64,000 nucleotides of DNA from Leptogorgia sarmentosa (taxonomy: Eukaryota): NCBI GenBank assembly GCA_964658305.1, contig OZ210885.1:12090001-12154000 (forward strand), given 5' to 3'. Numbering within the stretch: position 1 is the stretch's first letter; every line of letters starts with the position of its first letter. The notes under the pieces are model-generated. The model worked only from the letters and a program-made list of their open reading frames with translations. It searched no databases and was not told the DNA's origin. Positions 61,277 to 64,000 of this stretch are shown piece after piece. The translations under genes and the position numbers were made by a program.

Positions 61277-63978
61277 GATACGTATCTGGAATACATGCCT
61301 CTGATACGTATCTGGAATACATGCCTCTGATACGTATCTGGAATACATGCCTCTGATACGTATCTGGAATACATGCCTCAGATACGTATCTGGAATACAT
61401 GCCTCGGATACGTATCTAGAATACATGCCTCTGATACGTATCTGGAATACATGCCTCTGATACGTATCTGGAATACATGCCTCTGATACGTATCTGGAAT
61501 ACATGCCTCTGATACGTATCTGGAATACATGCCTCAGATACGTATCTGGAATACATGCCTCAGATACGTATCTGGAATACATGCCTCAGATACGTATCTG
61601 GAATACATGTCTCTGATACGTATCTGGAATACATGCCTCTGATACGTATCTGGAATACCTGCCTCTGATACGTATCTGGAATACATGCCTCGGATACGTA
61701 TCTGGAATACATGCCTCTGATACGTATCTGGAATACATGCCTCTGATACGTATCTGGAATACATGCCTCTGATACGTATCTGGAATACATGCCTCTGATA
61801 CGTATCTGGAATACATGCCTCAGATACGTATCTGGAATACATGCCTCGGATACGTATCTAGAATACATGCCTCTGATACGTATCTGGAATACATGCCTCT
61901 GATACGTATCTGGAATACATGCCTCTGATACGTATCTGCAATACATGCCTCTGATACGTATCTGGAATACATGCCTCAGATACGTATCTGGAATACATGC
62001 CTCAGATACGTATCTGGAATACATGCCTCAGATACGTATCTGGAATACATGTCTCTGATACGTATCTGGAATACATGCCTCTGATACGTATCTGGAATAC
62101 CTGCCTCTGATACGTATCTGGAATACATGCCTCGGATACGTATCTGGAATACATGCCTCTGATACGTATCTGGAATACATGCCTCTGATACGTATCTGGA
62201 ATACCTGCCTCTGATACGTATCTGGAATACATGCCTCGGATACGTATCTGGAATACATGCCTCAGATACGTATTTGGAATACATGCCTCAGATACGTATC
62301 TGGAATACATGCCTCAGATACGTATCTGGAATACATGCCTCAGATACGTATCTGGAATACATGCCTCTGATACGTATCTGGAATACATGCCTCGGATACG
62401 TATCTGGAATACATGCCTCGGATACGTATCTGGATACATGCCTCTGATATGTATCTGGAATACATGCCTCTGATACGTATCTGGAATACATGCCTCGGAT
62501 ACGTATCTAGAATACATGCCTCTGATACGTATCTGGAATACATGCCTCTGATACGTATCTGGAATACATGTCTCTGATACGTGTCTGGTATACATGCCTC
62601 AGATACGTATCTGGAATACATGCCTCGGATACGTATCTGGAATACATGCCTCGGATACGTATCTGGAATACATGTCTCTGATACGTATCTGGAATACATG
62701 CCTCTGATACGTATCTGGAATACCTGCCTCTGATACGTATCTGGAATACATGCCTCGGATACGTATCTGGAATACATGCCTCTGATACGTATCTGGAATA
62801 CATGCCTCTGATACGTATCTGGAATACATGCCTCTGATATGTATCTGGAATACATGCCTCTGATACGTATCTGGAATACATGCCTCGGATACGTATCTAG
62901 AATACATGCCTCTGATACGTATCTGGAATACATGCCTCTGATACGTATCTGGAATACATGTCTCTGATACGTGTCTGGTATACATGCCTCAGATACGTAT
63001 CTGGAATACATGCCTCGGATACGTATCTGGAATACATGCCTCGGATACGTATCTGGAATACATGCCTCTGATACGTATCTGGAATACATGCCTCTGATAC
63101 GTATCTGGAATACATGCCTCTGATACGTATCTGGAATACATGCCTCTGATACGTATCTGGAATACATGCCTCTGATACGTGTCTGGAATACATGCCTCTG
63201 ATACGTATCTGGAATACATGCCTCTGATACGTATCTGGAATACATGTCTCTGATACGTATCTGGAATACATGCCTCGGATACGTATCTAGAATACATGCC
63301 TCTGATACGTATCTGGAATACATGCCTCGGATACGTGTCTGGTATACATGTCTCTGATACGTATCTGGAATACATGCCTCTGATATGTATCTGGAATACA
63401 TGCCTCTGATACGTATCTGGAATACATGCCTCTGATACGTATCTGGAATACATGCCTCTGATACGTATCTGGAATACATGTCTCTGATACGTATCTGGAA
63501 TACATGCCTCGGATACGTATCTGGAATACATGCCTCTGATACGTATCTGGAATACATGCCTCGGATACGTATCTGGATACATGCCTCTGATATGTATCTG
63601 GAATACATGCCTCCGATACGTATCTGGAATACATGCCTCTGATACGTATCTGGAATACATGCCTCTGATACGTATCTGGAATACATACCTCGGATACGTA
63701 TCTGGAATACATGCTCTGATACGTATCTGGAATACATACCACGGATACGTATCTGGAATACATGCCTCTGATACGTATCTGGAATACATGCCTCTGATAC
63801 GTATCTGGAATACATGCCTCTGATACGTATCTGGAATACATACCTCGGATACGTATCTTGAATACATGCTTCTGATACGTATCTGGAATACATGCCTCGG
63901 ATACGTATCCGGAATACATGCTTCTGATACGTATCTGGAATACATGCTCACTGATACGTATCTGGAATACATGCCTCT
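61277..63978 (+). repeat. 26-bp satellite, about 104 copies
   Basis: Unit GATACGTATCTGGAATACATGCCTCT with variants; blocks recur at 442-bp and 390-bp offsets. Confidence 0.97.
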
Positions 63979-64000
63979 GTTATAGCACAAATGATTGAAA

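Noticed and set aside
61277..63978. CRISPR-like array (26-bp partly palindromic repeats)
   Set aside because: Repeats are head-to-tail with no unique spacers, no cas genes, and the context is eukaryotic.
61218..63990. Long ORFs up to 517 aa (MYSRYVSEACIPDTY...)
   Set aside because: Translation of the 26-bp satellite; all three frames cycle through the same peptides.

Overview
AT-rich eukaryotic (animal, plausibly cnidarian or another marine invertebrate; inferred from repeat and gene style only) genomic window. (1) 1.7-45.5 kb: the 3' part of a spliced multi-WD40 gene on + (at least 9 phase-compatible exons; C-terminus resembles NACHT/APAF1-type WD40 proteins). It is probably damaged: a 2.0-kb TIR element with a 9-bp TSD sits inside a coding exon, and one junction (38150 to 41596) is out of phase. 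(2) Its introns are packed with DNA transposons: a non-autonomous Polinton (241-bp TIR, 6-bp TSD); a 7.06-kb P-type element (30-bp TIR, 7-bp TSD) with a decayed THAP transposase and a convergent second gene that appears to encode the C-terminal domain the transposase lacks; two tail-to-tail Helentron-like elements with nested inserts; and many MITEs. (3) 46.4-56.9 kb: a cluster of about 36 tRNA genes, pseudogenes and fragments for 12 amino acids, built from duplicated modules, with anticodon switches and micro-duplications. (4) A single-exon-CDS GT10 alpha-1,3-fucosyltransferase-like gene with a non-canonical donor-binding motif. (5) A second Polinton remnant whose terminal repeat runs directly into a 2.7-kb 26-bp satellite derived from that TIR. 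All calls are by eye; no database searches were run.
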